A stretch of DNA of 61,656 bases from a bacterium. Its GTDB lineage: Bacteria > Patescibacteriota > Minisyncoccia > CAYZDR01. Under the pieces are notes generated by a model, which made no database searches, was not told where the DNA came from, and saw nothing but the letters and a program-made list of their open reading frames with translations. The stretch lies in contig JAZDGL010000069.1 in the NCBI GenBank assembly GCA_043806975.1, positions 1 through 61,656 of the forward strand, in the 5' to 3' direction. Positions 27,470 to 35,076 of this stretch are shown piece after piece. Both the position numbers and the translations under genes were made by a program. Position 1 is the stretch's first letter; every line of letters starts with the position of its first letter.

Positions 27470-27694
27470 GCTGTTTTGCGATAGCTATAGCTGCCGCAAA
27501 ACAAATTCCAATATTTTCTCCTTTTGGTTCTCCTTCGCCCTATGGGCTTCGCGGGATGCAGCAAGGGAGATTAAGAGGGATTCCAATATTTTCTCCTCGC
27601 AATAAGGGAGACTGAGAGGGATTCCAATATTTCCTCCCTTAATAAGGGGGGATGAAGGGGGTTTTTAAAATAAATTTGTTTTGCGGAAGCTATA
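27470..27694 (+). repeat. family-1 cluster: solo 3' TIR plus full element with 3 tandem modules
   Basis: GCTGTTTTGCGATAGCTA overlaps the start of the full element, TATAGCTGCCGCAAAACAAATTCC. Three units of ATTCCAATATTT(T/C)CTCC-loop-GG(G)GA..AGAGGG follow, and it ends TTTGTTTTGCGGAAGCTATA. Confidence 0.9.
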
Positions 27695-27715
27695 ATTTAT
27701 TTGCAAATAAGTTTA

Positions 27716-27786
27716 CGGGGTATAGCGTAAAGGTAGCGCGCAGCTTTCGGGTAGCTGTAGTTCCAGTTCAATTCTGGATACCCCGA
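27716..27786 (+). tRNA. tRNA-Pro (anticodon CGG)
   Basis: Acceptor CGGGGTA/TACCCCG, U8, D stem GCGT/GCGC, anticodon stem CAGCT/AGCTG with loop TTCGGGT (G37), T arm TCCAG-TTCAATT-CTGGA. Confidence 0.85.
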
Positions 27787-27798
27787 CAGGAAGTTTAA

Positions 27799-27852
27799 AT
27801 TAAAATTGCTCAAGCATTAGATATAAAAGTGGATGATTTAACCAAAAAATAA
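27799..27852 (+). pseudogene. C-terminal remnant of an XRE/controller-type HTH gene
   Basis: Translates to IKIAQALDIKVDDLTKK*, typical of the last helix and tail of XRE HTH proteins. A TAA lies immediately upstream, there is no start codon, and it ends 2 nt before the MTase ATG. Confidence 0.4.
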
Positions 27853-27854
27853 AT

Positions 27855-29126
27855 ATGAGCCAAACAGTTATCTCGTTATTGAATAAAATAAAAATTGATC
27901 CATCGTGGTCTTTTTCCGATAAAACAAGGAAGGAAACGGCGTATATTACGCATGGGTATCATCGTTATCCTGCAAAATTTATTCCGCAAATAGTTTCTCG
28001 TTTGGCGGAAAAATATACACGAGCAGGCGATTTTATCGTTGATCCATTTGGTGGTTGCGGGACGACTCTTGTTGAATCAAGAGTTATGGGACGGCCGTCA
28101 ATTGCCGTTGATATTAACCCAGTCGCTGTTTTAATTACGAAAGCGAAAATTACGGCAATTGATCCTATAAAAATTGAAAAGGAATTTACAATTTTTCAAA
28201 AGAAATTGGAATCTTATAGCGAAAAAACAAAAGTAAAAGCTCCTGAGCACGAAAGAATTGACTATTGGTTTAAGCCAGAAGAAAAAAGAAAACTTGCTTT
28301 TATTTTTGCTGAGATTTCAAAAATAAAAGATCAAGATATTCAAGATTTCTTTTTCTGCGGGTTTTCAAACATTCTTAAAAATTGTTCAATATGGCTACAA
28401 AAAAGTAATAAACCAACAAGGGATTTTGAAAAAAAACCTTCGGAGCCGATTAAAACATTTTTAAAACAAATAAAAATGATGTTGCGAGGCAACACGCGAT
28501 TATTTGAATTGTTATCAGAAAAAGGTTATTCGAAGATTTCAAGTAAAGTAATTTGCACAGACGCAAGGACAATTCCCGCAAAGGATAACAGTGTTAGCTT
28601 GATTGTTACTTCTCCGCCTTATGTGACCTCTTACGAATACGCCGATCTGCACCAACTCACTGCTTTATGGTTAGAATATACTAAGGATTTGAGCGACTTT
28701 CGAAAACGATTTATTGGCACTTCGTATCACAATAAAAAAGATTTGACGCTTAATAGTGCGATTGCGGAAAATATCAGAAAAAAATTGTTAGAGAAAGATA
28801 AAAAAACCGCCGAGGAAGTTTCAACATACTTTAGCGAGATGAATCAGGTATTTGTTGAAATGAAAAGAATGCTAAAAAAAGGCGGAAAAACCTGTATTGT
28901 CATTGGCAATACGAGCTTAAAAGGCGTTGAAATACTTAATGCGGAGGTTTTTGTTGAGCAATTACAAAACTTGGGATTAAAAATCGCCGATATTATTAAA
29001 AGAGAAATTCCTTCAAAAAATTTGCCGTCTGTTCGAGATGAAAAGACGGGTAAATTTGCGAGCATAAATGATAAAAATAAAGTTTCTGTTTATCCAACAG
29101 AGTATATATTAATAATGGAAAAATAA
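27855..29126 (+). CDS. DNA methyltransferase, N4-cytosine or N6-adenine (SPPY type)
   Basis: Motif I DPFGGCGTT near the N-terminus and motif IV TSPPY about 190 aa later (alpha-like order). SPPY is commoner in m4C enzymes. Confidence 0.8.
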   Translation: MSQTVISLLNKIKIDPSWSFSDKTRKETAYITHGYHRYPAKFIPQIVSRLAEKYTRAGDFIVDPFGGCGTTLVESRVMGRPSIAVDINPVAVLITKAKITAIDPIKIEKEFTIFQKKLESYSEKTKVKAPEHERIDYWFKPEEKRKLAFIFAEISKIKDQDIQDFFFCGFSNILKNCSIWLQKSNKPTRDFEKKPSEPIKTFLKQIKMMLRGNTRLFELLSEKGYSKISSKVICTDARTIPAKDNSVSLIVTSPPYVTSYEYADLHQLTALWLEYTKDLSDFRKRFIGTSYHNKKDLTLNSAIAENIRKKLLEKDKKTAEEVSTYFSEMNQVFVEMKRMLKKGGKTCIVIGNTSLKGVEILNAEVFVEQLQNLGLKIADIIKREIPSKNLPSVRDEKTGKFASINDKNKVSVYPTEYILIMEK

Positions 29127-29130
29127 AACT

Positions 29131-29799
29131 ATGAGTATAAACGACCTTATCAAAATTTACGAAACAAAAAAGAAAAAATATGGTGTGCAAGCATATCGCC
29201 ACATTTCAAATGTTTTGAAAGAAGCCAAAGAATTACATAAAAAAGATTTTACAGGCAATGACCACGAGCAATCGTGGCGCGCTTTCAAAGGTAAAAACTT
29301 GGAAAAATTGATTGAATACATTATCACGGATGAAGTTAACGCTTTAAACTTGCGGGTAGTAAATGGAAATAGTCTTGAAAGAACGAACGGATCAAATCTT
29401 TCAAAAGAGTTAAGTTTGGTTAAAAGAAATCTAATTGTTGATTATGGCGAGTTTGGTTCGCATTTACCGGATGTCGATTTGATTATTTACGACCCAAAAA
29501 CTAGCAAAGTCGTTGCTGTTTTGTCAAGCAAGGTAACTTTGCGGGAAAGAATAGCCCAAACTGGTTATTGGAAAATTAAACTTGCCTCTGACGAAGCGAC
29601 AAAACATATCAAAGTTTATTTCGTAACGCCGGATGAAGACGGAACACTAACGATTAAAAAACCTACAAAAAAAGGCAGGGCAATCGTTGAAGTGGATACA
29701 GACGGCAGTTATGTTTTGAGTGAGACAGATATTGAGGAAAGCGACAAGGTAAAAATGTTTGATAAATTTATTGATGATCTTAAGAAATTGCTCAAATAA
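29131..29799 (+). CDS. type II restriction endonuclease, PD-(D/E)XK, possibly CCGG-family-like
   Basis: It sits between two MTase genes with gaps of 4-5 nt. PDVDLIIYD...VLSSKVTLRER gives a PD...SxK core followed by K-x3-R-E-R. Confidence 0.65.
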   Translation: MSINDLIKIYETKKKKYGVQAYRHISNVLKEAKELHKKDFTGNDHEQSWRAFKGKNLEKLIEYIITDEVNALNLRVVNGNSLERTNGSNLSKELSLVKRNLIVDYGEFGSHLPDVDLIIYDPKTSKVVAVLSSKVTLRERIAQTGYWKIKLASDEATKHIKVYFVTPDEDGTLTIKKPTKKGRAIVEVDTDGSYVLSETDIEESDKVKMFDKFIDDLKKLLK

Positions 29800-29804
29800 A
29801 TAAT

Positions 29805-30533
29805 ATGTCCAATAATTTAATAATTGAGTCAACAACTTTATGGGATTTTCCGAGACAAAATTATGGTGACAAGCCACACGGAAATAATAAATATAACGGT
29901 GTAACGCCGGCTTTTGTCATTTGGAATTTACTCCAAAGATATACCAAAGAGGGCGATTTAGTCGTTGATCCGATGTGCGGGAGCGGGACGACAATTGATG
30001 TTGCAAAAGAATTGAACAGGAAAGTAATCGGCTATGATCTGAACATTGTTAGACCCGATGTAATTAAAAACGATGCCCGACAAATTCCGCTTGCTGACAA
30101 TTCTGTTGATTTTGTTTTTATTGATTCGCCATATTCCGACAATATCAATTATTCTGACAATAAAGAGTGCATTGGTAAAATTTCTTGCGAAAAAATAGAA
30201 TTTTATGATGAATTAGAAAAAACCGCTACGGAAATTGCAAGAATTTTAAAACCTGGAAAAGCTATGGGTTGGGTTATTGCCGATCAATGGGTCAAAAAGA
30301 AATTTACAGCCGTTGGATTTTTGATGTGGCAAAGGTTAGAAAAACATTTTGAACCAATGGATATTGTTTGCTTAACAAGGCATAACCAAACATCAAACAC
30401 GGGGATTTGGCATAACAGAGCAAGGCAGTTTAATTTTTATTTGAGAGGTTTTAAATATTTGTTTATTATGAGAAAATCAGCGCCATTGCGAGAAAAGCAG
30501 GTGAGTAGTCGTGAACCCAGCCATTTACTTTAA
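29805..30533 (+). CDS. second DNA methyltransferase (amino-MTase, motif I before motif IV)
   Basis: VVDPMCGSGTTIDVA (motif I) and FVFIDSPY (motif IV-like). Confidence 0.7.
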   Translation: MSNNLIIESTTLWDFPRQNYGDKPHGNNKYNGVTPAFVIWNLLQRYTKEGDLVVDPMCGSGTTIDVAKELNRKVIGYDLNIVRPDVIKNDARQIPLADNSVDFVFIDSPYSDNINYSDNKECIGKISCEKIEFYDELEKTATEIARILKPGKAMGWVIADQWVKKKFTAVGFLMWQRLEKHFEPMDIVCLTRHNQTSNTGIWHNRARQFNFYLRGFKYLFIMRKSAPLREKQVSSREPSHLL

Positions 30534-30570
30534 ACTTAAAATATGGTAAAATAAAAAAGTGGAATTCACC

Positions 30571-30610
30571 GAAGAGGAATTTGTAAATAATTTTTTTTGC
30601 GGGATCTATA
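30571..30610 (+). repeat. family-1 3' half element
   Basis: GAAGAGGAATTTGTAAATAATTTTTTTTGCGGGATCTATA aligns to GAGAGGGATTCTAAAATAAATTTGTTTTGCGGGAGCTATA. Confidence 0.65.
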
Positions 30611-30650
30611 TTTTAATCAATTTATAAATTTATAAAACTAGAATAAAACT

Positions 30651-31574
30651 ATGAAAAAAACTGCGATAGGGGTAATAATAATTGTGGCATTGATTTTAGC
30701 AGGGGCGGGTGTTTTGAGGAACCTTAAAAATAGAGAAAATGGTTGGGTTTGTGAAAATGGGCAGTGGGTGAAGCGCGGGAACCCAAATACTTCAAAACCG
30801 GAAGGATTATGTGGAGTTCCTGCCGAGGATGAAAATAAAGAGAATGAAAATGCCGATGAGACAGAGGAAGAATCAAATATCATTGTTTCGTATCCTGAAC
30901 CGGGCGATCAGGTGAGTTTTCCTTTTAGGGTGGAAGGGATGGCGCGGGTTTTTGAAAGCACTCTTATGATTGAGTTGAAAGATAAAAATGGCAATGTTAT
31001 TTTTGATTCTTTCGCGATGGCGAACAGTCCAGATATGGGTCAGTTCGGACCGTTTGAGAAGGAAATTGATTTTTTAACAAATGCGCCGGAAAAAGAAGAT
31101 GTAGTTTTGGAAGTTTTTTGGTATTCTCCAAAAGACGGATCAAGACTTGATATGCGGTCTATCCCCTTAAAAATGACAGTCGGCGATGTTAGCAAAGTTG
31201 AGATTTTTTTCAGCAATGACAATTTTGACCCAGAAATTTCTTGCAATGTAGTTTTTCCAGTGGAGAGAGTTGTCCCCGCGGCGGAAAATATCGCGGAAAC
31301 TGCCATCGGGATGTTGCTAAAAGGATTGTTTAGAAAAGAATATAATGAAGGTTATCGCACGAATATAAATGCGGGAGTTAAATTTCAAAAAATAACGATA
31401 AAAAATCAAATAGCGTATATAGATTTTAACGAAGAATTGGAAGCGGCGGTTGGAGGATCTTGCTGGGTTTCTGCCATTCGCGCGCAAATCACACAGACAT
31501 TAAAACAGTTTTCAACCATTAAAGATGTTGTGATTTCAATTAACGGAAAATCTGAGGACATTTTGCAGCCGTAA
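30651..31574 (+). CDS. secreted/anchored Gmad2 Ig-like plus GerMN domain protein
   Basis: N-terminal TM segment. SYPEPGDQVSFPFRVEGMARVFESTLMIELKD is Gmad2-like. The C-terminal part (FPVERVVP...AIGMLLKG...IAYIDFNEEL...IKDVVISINGKS) is GerMN-like. Confidence 0.65.
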   Translation: MKKTAIGVIIIVALILAGAGVLRNLKNRENGWVCENGQWVKRGNPNTSKPEGLCGVPAEDENKENENADETEEESNIIVSYPEPGDQVSFPFRVEGMARVFESTLMIELKDKNGNVIFDSFAMANSPDMGQFGPFEKEIDFLTNAPEKEDVVLEVFWYSPKDGSRLDMRSIPLKMTVGDVSKVEIFFSNDNFDPEISCNVVFPVERVVPAAENIAETAIGMLLKGLFRKEYNEGYRTNINAGVKFQKITIKNQIAYIDFNEELEAAVGGSCWVSAIRAQITQTLKQFSTIKDVVISINGKSEDILQP

Positions 31575-31635
31575 AAAATAGTTGGCGGACGGTTAGCTGA
31601 TTAAAATGCGTGTTTTTATTGATCCGCCAAATTCT

Positions 31636-31707
31636 GAGCCTATAGCTCAGTGGTAGAGCGTTCGATTCACATTCGAAAGGTCGATGGTTCAAAACCATCT
31701 GGGCTCA
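31636..31707 (+). tRNA. tRNA-Val (anticodon CAC)
   Basis: Acceptor GAGCCTA/TGGGCTC, D arm GCTC-AGTGGTA-GAGC, anticodon stem TTCGA/TCGAA with loop TTCACAT, T arm GATGG-TTCAAAA-CCATC. Confidence 0.88.
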
Positions 31708-31772
31708 CTATTTGAAAAGCGGAGCGTGCTTTATAAGTTTAGTTTTTTAAATTTTTATTTTTTGGAGGGCAA

Positions 31773-32168
31773 ATGGAAAAGATAAAAGAAAAAATTAATA
31801 GCGCCTTAGGAGCGCTATCAAAGAAGGCGTTGAAAGAGCTTCCTGGAGACGGGGATTCCGATCGATTTGTTTTTTGTTGCATTGCCATTGGAGATTTGAT
31901 ACAAAAAAAGGTGTTCAATTTTCTGCTATCAAAAATGGTTGATGTCGATTTTTCGATCATAGAAAATGAGGTGTTTAATTGTTTTAATGCTGGCAAAAGT
32001 GTTCAAATAATAATTACCGCTTCTGAGCTTGGGACGGAGGTTAGAAGCGAGGCAACATTTGAGCAAAAAAATCCCTCTTTTAAAATTAGGGGGAAATTTT
32101 TTAAAATCGTTAATGATTTTGAGAAAAGGTCATCTTTGCTGGTAAAGCAGGATAGACTGAGAATTTAA
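31773..32168 (+). CDS. hypothetical protein
   Basis: 131-aa ORF with GGAGGG 4 nt upstream of the ATG, followed by a clean terminator. No motif recognised. Confidence 0.5.
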   Translation: MEKIKEKINSALGALSKKALKELPGDGDSDRFVFCCIAIGDLIQKKVFNFLLSKMVDVDFSIIENEVFNCFNAGKSVQIIITASELGTEVRSEATFEQKNPSFKIRGKFFKIVNDFEKRSSLLVKQDRLRI

Positions 32169-32176
32169 GGAGAAAA

Positions 32177-32208
32177 GGCTGTTCGGTGTTTGACGAATAG
32201 CCTTTTTT
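32177..32208 (+). terminator. rho-independent terminator
   Basis: GGCTGTTCG-gtgtttga-CGAATAGCC (9 bp including one G-U) followed by TTTTTT. Confidence 0.75.
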
Positions 32209-32271
32209 GTTTTATAAATTATAAAAGTAGTTGCGTAGTTGTGGCGCAGTTTTGGAAGTATAATAAATTTT

Positions 32272-33339
32272 ATGGAGAAAAAAGCGGCAATTTTATTATC
32301 TGGCGGGGTAGATTCAGCGGTGGCGGCGTTTTTAATGAAAGAGCGCGGTTTTGGCGTTGAAGGATTTTTTATGCGGACTGATTTTTTTACGGAGGAAGCG
32401 GAAAAATCGGCTAAAAAAATTGCAGATTTTTTAGATATTAAGTTGAATATATTGGACGCGACGAAAGAGTTTAGCGAAATTGTTATTCAGAATTTTGAAA
32501 GTGAATTTAGTAAATTAAGGACTCCGAATCCGTGCGCTTTGTGCAACAAAAAAATTAAATTCGGTTTTTTATTTAATGAAATTAGAAAAAGAGAATTTGA
32601 AACGATTGTTTCTGGACATTATATTGCAAAATATCAAATAGGGGGCGCGCTCCCCTTGGAAGAAGGACAAGAATATAAACTTCGCAAAGCGAAAGATAAC
32701 AAAAAGGATCAAACATACTTTTTGTATAATTTAACGCAAGATCAATTGAAGTATTTGGAATTTCCGCTAGGCGGTTTAACAAAGCAAGAAGTTTTTGAAA
32801 TTGCCCAAAAAAATAATTTGCCGATTTCTATATCTGAAAGCCAGGACATTTGCTTTTTGCGAGGCGATCATAATAAATATTTGCAGCAGCATTTAAAGCT
32901 TGAAAATGGTCCGATTGTTGATAAAACAGGAAAAATTGTTGGGGAGCATTTTGGACTTCCTTTGTATTCAATCGGTCAAAGGCGCTGGATTAAAATTGGC
33001 GGGACGGGGCCTTATTATGTTTTAAGAATTGATGCGAAAAATAATTCGTTAGTGGTTTCTAACCGCTTTGACGATCCGGAGTTTTATGATGATAAATTTG
33101 AGGTTAGCAAGGCGAGTTGGGTTAGCGGGCAGGAATTTAAGCAAAATTTAGAGCAAGAAAATTTATCGGTAAAAATTAGATATTTGCATCCCGATATTCT
33201 TGTCAAGAAGCTGGAAAAAATGGGTGAAGGCAGGTATAAAGTTATTTTAAAAAAACCTCAAAGGGCGATAATTGCTGGTCAATCAGCGGTTTTTTACCAA
33301 GGAGAGGAGCTTCTTGGCGGGGGTATTATAGAACATTAA
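32272..33339 (+). CDS. mnmA: tRNA 2-thiouridine(34) synthase
   Basis: PP-loop ILLSGGVDSAVAA, NPCALCNKKIKF, DQTYFLY. The ATG at 32272 is preferred. A TATAAT at 32259-32264 leaves no room for a leader. Confidence 0.88.
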   Translation: MEKKAAILLSGGVDSAVAAFLMKERGFGVEGFFMRTDFFTEEAEKSAKKIADFLDIKLNILDATKEFSEIVIQNFESEFSKLRTPNPCALCNKKIKFGFLFNEIRKREFETIVSGHYIAKYQIGGALPLEEGQEYKLRKAKDNKKDQTYFLYNLTQDQLKYLEFPLGGLTKQEVFEIAQKNNLPISISESQDICFLRGDHNKYLQQHLKLENGPIVDKTGKIVGEHFGLPLYSIGQRRWIKIGGTGPYYVLRIDAKNNSLVVSNRFDDPEFYDDKFEVSKASWVSGQEFKQNLEQENLSVKIRYLHPDILVKKLEKMGEGRYKVILKKPQRAIIAGQSAVFYQGEELLGGGIIEH

Positions 33340-33399
33340 AGAAAGATTAAAATTAGATTAAAACTGTGGATAACTAGCTTGTTAAAAACCAATTAAAAT

Positions 33400-33428
33400 T
33401 TGTCAAGTTAGAAAATTGTGGATATACT
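33400..33428 (+). promoter_or_regulatory. sigma-70-type promoter
   Basis: TTGTCA, 17-nt spacer, TATACT. Confidence 0.55.
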
Positions 33429-33474
33429 TATATTGAAGGTCGAAAATTTAAATAGTAAAAAGGAGGAAAAAAAG

Positions 33475-33582
33475 ATGAAAGAAATCATAAAAAAAGCCTT
33501 AACGGATAAAAAAATGAGAAAAGCGGCTTTAATGTCAACTCTAGCTTTAACTGTTGTTGTTATGACTCCATGGGGAGGATAG
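33475..33582 (+). CDS. 35-aa small peptide/membrane protein, absent from the ORF track
   Basis: AAAGGAGGAAAAAAAG precedes the ATG. Translation is MKEIIKKALTDKKMRKAALMSTLALTVVVMTPWGG. It lies 15 nt upstream of the histidine kinase gene. Confidence 0.45.
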   Translation: MKEIIKKALTDKKMRKAALMSTLALTVVVMTPWGG

Positions 33583-33596
33583 TTTAATCATAAAAA

Positions 33597-35076
33597 ATGA
33601 GTGCCCAAGAAATACTTAAAATGGCGCGATGGAGGGATTCTGCAAATGAGAGCTTTAAAAAGGGTGTTCATTTTTTATTTAATCACCTTATCAAGCCTAT
33701 TTCGGAAAATGAAGATTTAAAAAGAGTAGAGTTTATTTTGAATGTTATTTTGCTTGGATCGTTGGCGATCTCTTTAATGGCTTTTTTTGATACTGTAATT
33801 TATTGTTTTATCCAACGCGGAGATTATCAAGGGGCTCCCCCAATTGTTCTTTTTGCGGTGGTTTTTGTTTTTTTGAGTTTGTTGGTTTTTTCTAGGTTGG
33901 GATTTTTCAAGTTTTCCTCTTACCTTTTAGTAATTGTTTATTTTTTAGCAGCTTTTTACACTATTTTTAATTGGGGCATAGATATCCCGCAAGGTTTGCT
34001 GATTTATGTCGTAATTATTGTCATTTCAGGGATTTTGATCGGCGCAAAATTTTCCTTTTGGGTTTCTTTTTTTGTTTCTGTGGTGATGCTATCTGTGTGT
34101 TATTTGCAAAAAAACGATATTGTTAAACCGGCGTTGTTTTGGAGAAGTCAAAAAACAAGCTGCGGAGATGTCATTGTTTATATTGTCACTTTCTTTATTA
34201 TTTTTATACTTTCATGGCTTTCAAACCGCGAGATTGAAAAATCTTTAAAGAGGGCGCGCGAATCAGAAAAGGCGTTGAAATTGGAAAAAGATAATCTTGA
34301 AAAAAGAGTTGAAGAGAAAACTCGCGAGTTAAAAAACGCTCAGCTTGAAAAAATGGCGCAGCTTTATCAGTTTGCAGAGTTTGGACGGATTGCGGGGGGG
34401 ATTTTTACATGATATTATCAATCCTTTGACGGCAGTTTCTTTAGATTTGGAGCAGATTCATAATGAAACTTGTAAAAAAAATGGAAATTATGGAAACTTT
34501 AAAGAGCTTTTAGACGATGCGATTTTTGGGACAAAAAGGATGGAGGGGTTTGTCCAGTCGGCTCGCCGTCAGCTTCAAAAAAATGACGAAAGAATTGTTT
34601 TTTCAACTTTGGATGAAATTGAGAAGGTAGTTCAGGTTATCGCGCGCAAGGCAAGAATTTTTGGAGTTGATATAGTCGTGAACCAGCCTGATTATATTGA
34701 GTTTTTTGGCGATCCGATCAAGTTTAATCATTTTTTGACTCATTTAATTTCCAATGCGGTTGATTCTTATGAAAATATGGAAAATTGCGGGAACAAAAAA
34801 GAAATTTTAATTTCAATTTTTGATTTTGATAGACAGATAAAAATGGAGGTTCAGGATTGGGGATGCGGGATTAAAAAAGAAATAATCGGGAAAATTTTTA
34901 ATCCATTTTTTACTACAAAGAATACAGAGAAAGGCACGGGGATCGGGCTTGCAATATCAAAAGACATTATTGAAAATGATTTTAAGGGAACGATTGCGGT
35001 TGAAAGTGAATTTGGTATGGGGGCGAAATTTTTAATAACAATTCCAAAAGAAGATTTAAGTGAGGAAAAAAAATAA
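33597..35076 (+). pseudogene. sensor histidine kinase interrupted by a +1 frameshift in a G7 tract (ORFs 33597..34412 and 34345..35076)
   Basis: The N-terminal ORF has multiple TM helices plus a coiled coil. The second ORF carries the H-box HDIINPLTAV, N-box HLISNAVDS, G1 VQDWGCGI and G2 GTGIGLAI. With G6 instead of G7 the frame reads FGRIAGGFLHDIINPL. Confidence 0.75.

Noticed and set aside
27541-27660. The tandem units of about 41 nt inside family-1 elements (also 55830-55950) might be a mini CRISPR array.
   Set aside because: The units are contiguous with no unique spacers. There are only 2-3 per locus. Each is itself a hairpin, the array is enclosed by long terminal inverted repeats, and no cas genes are in the window.
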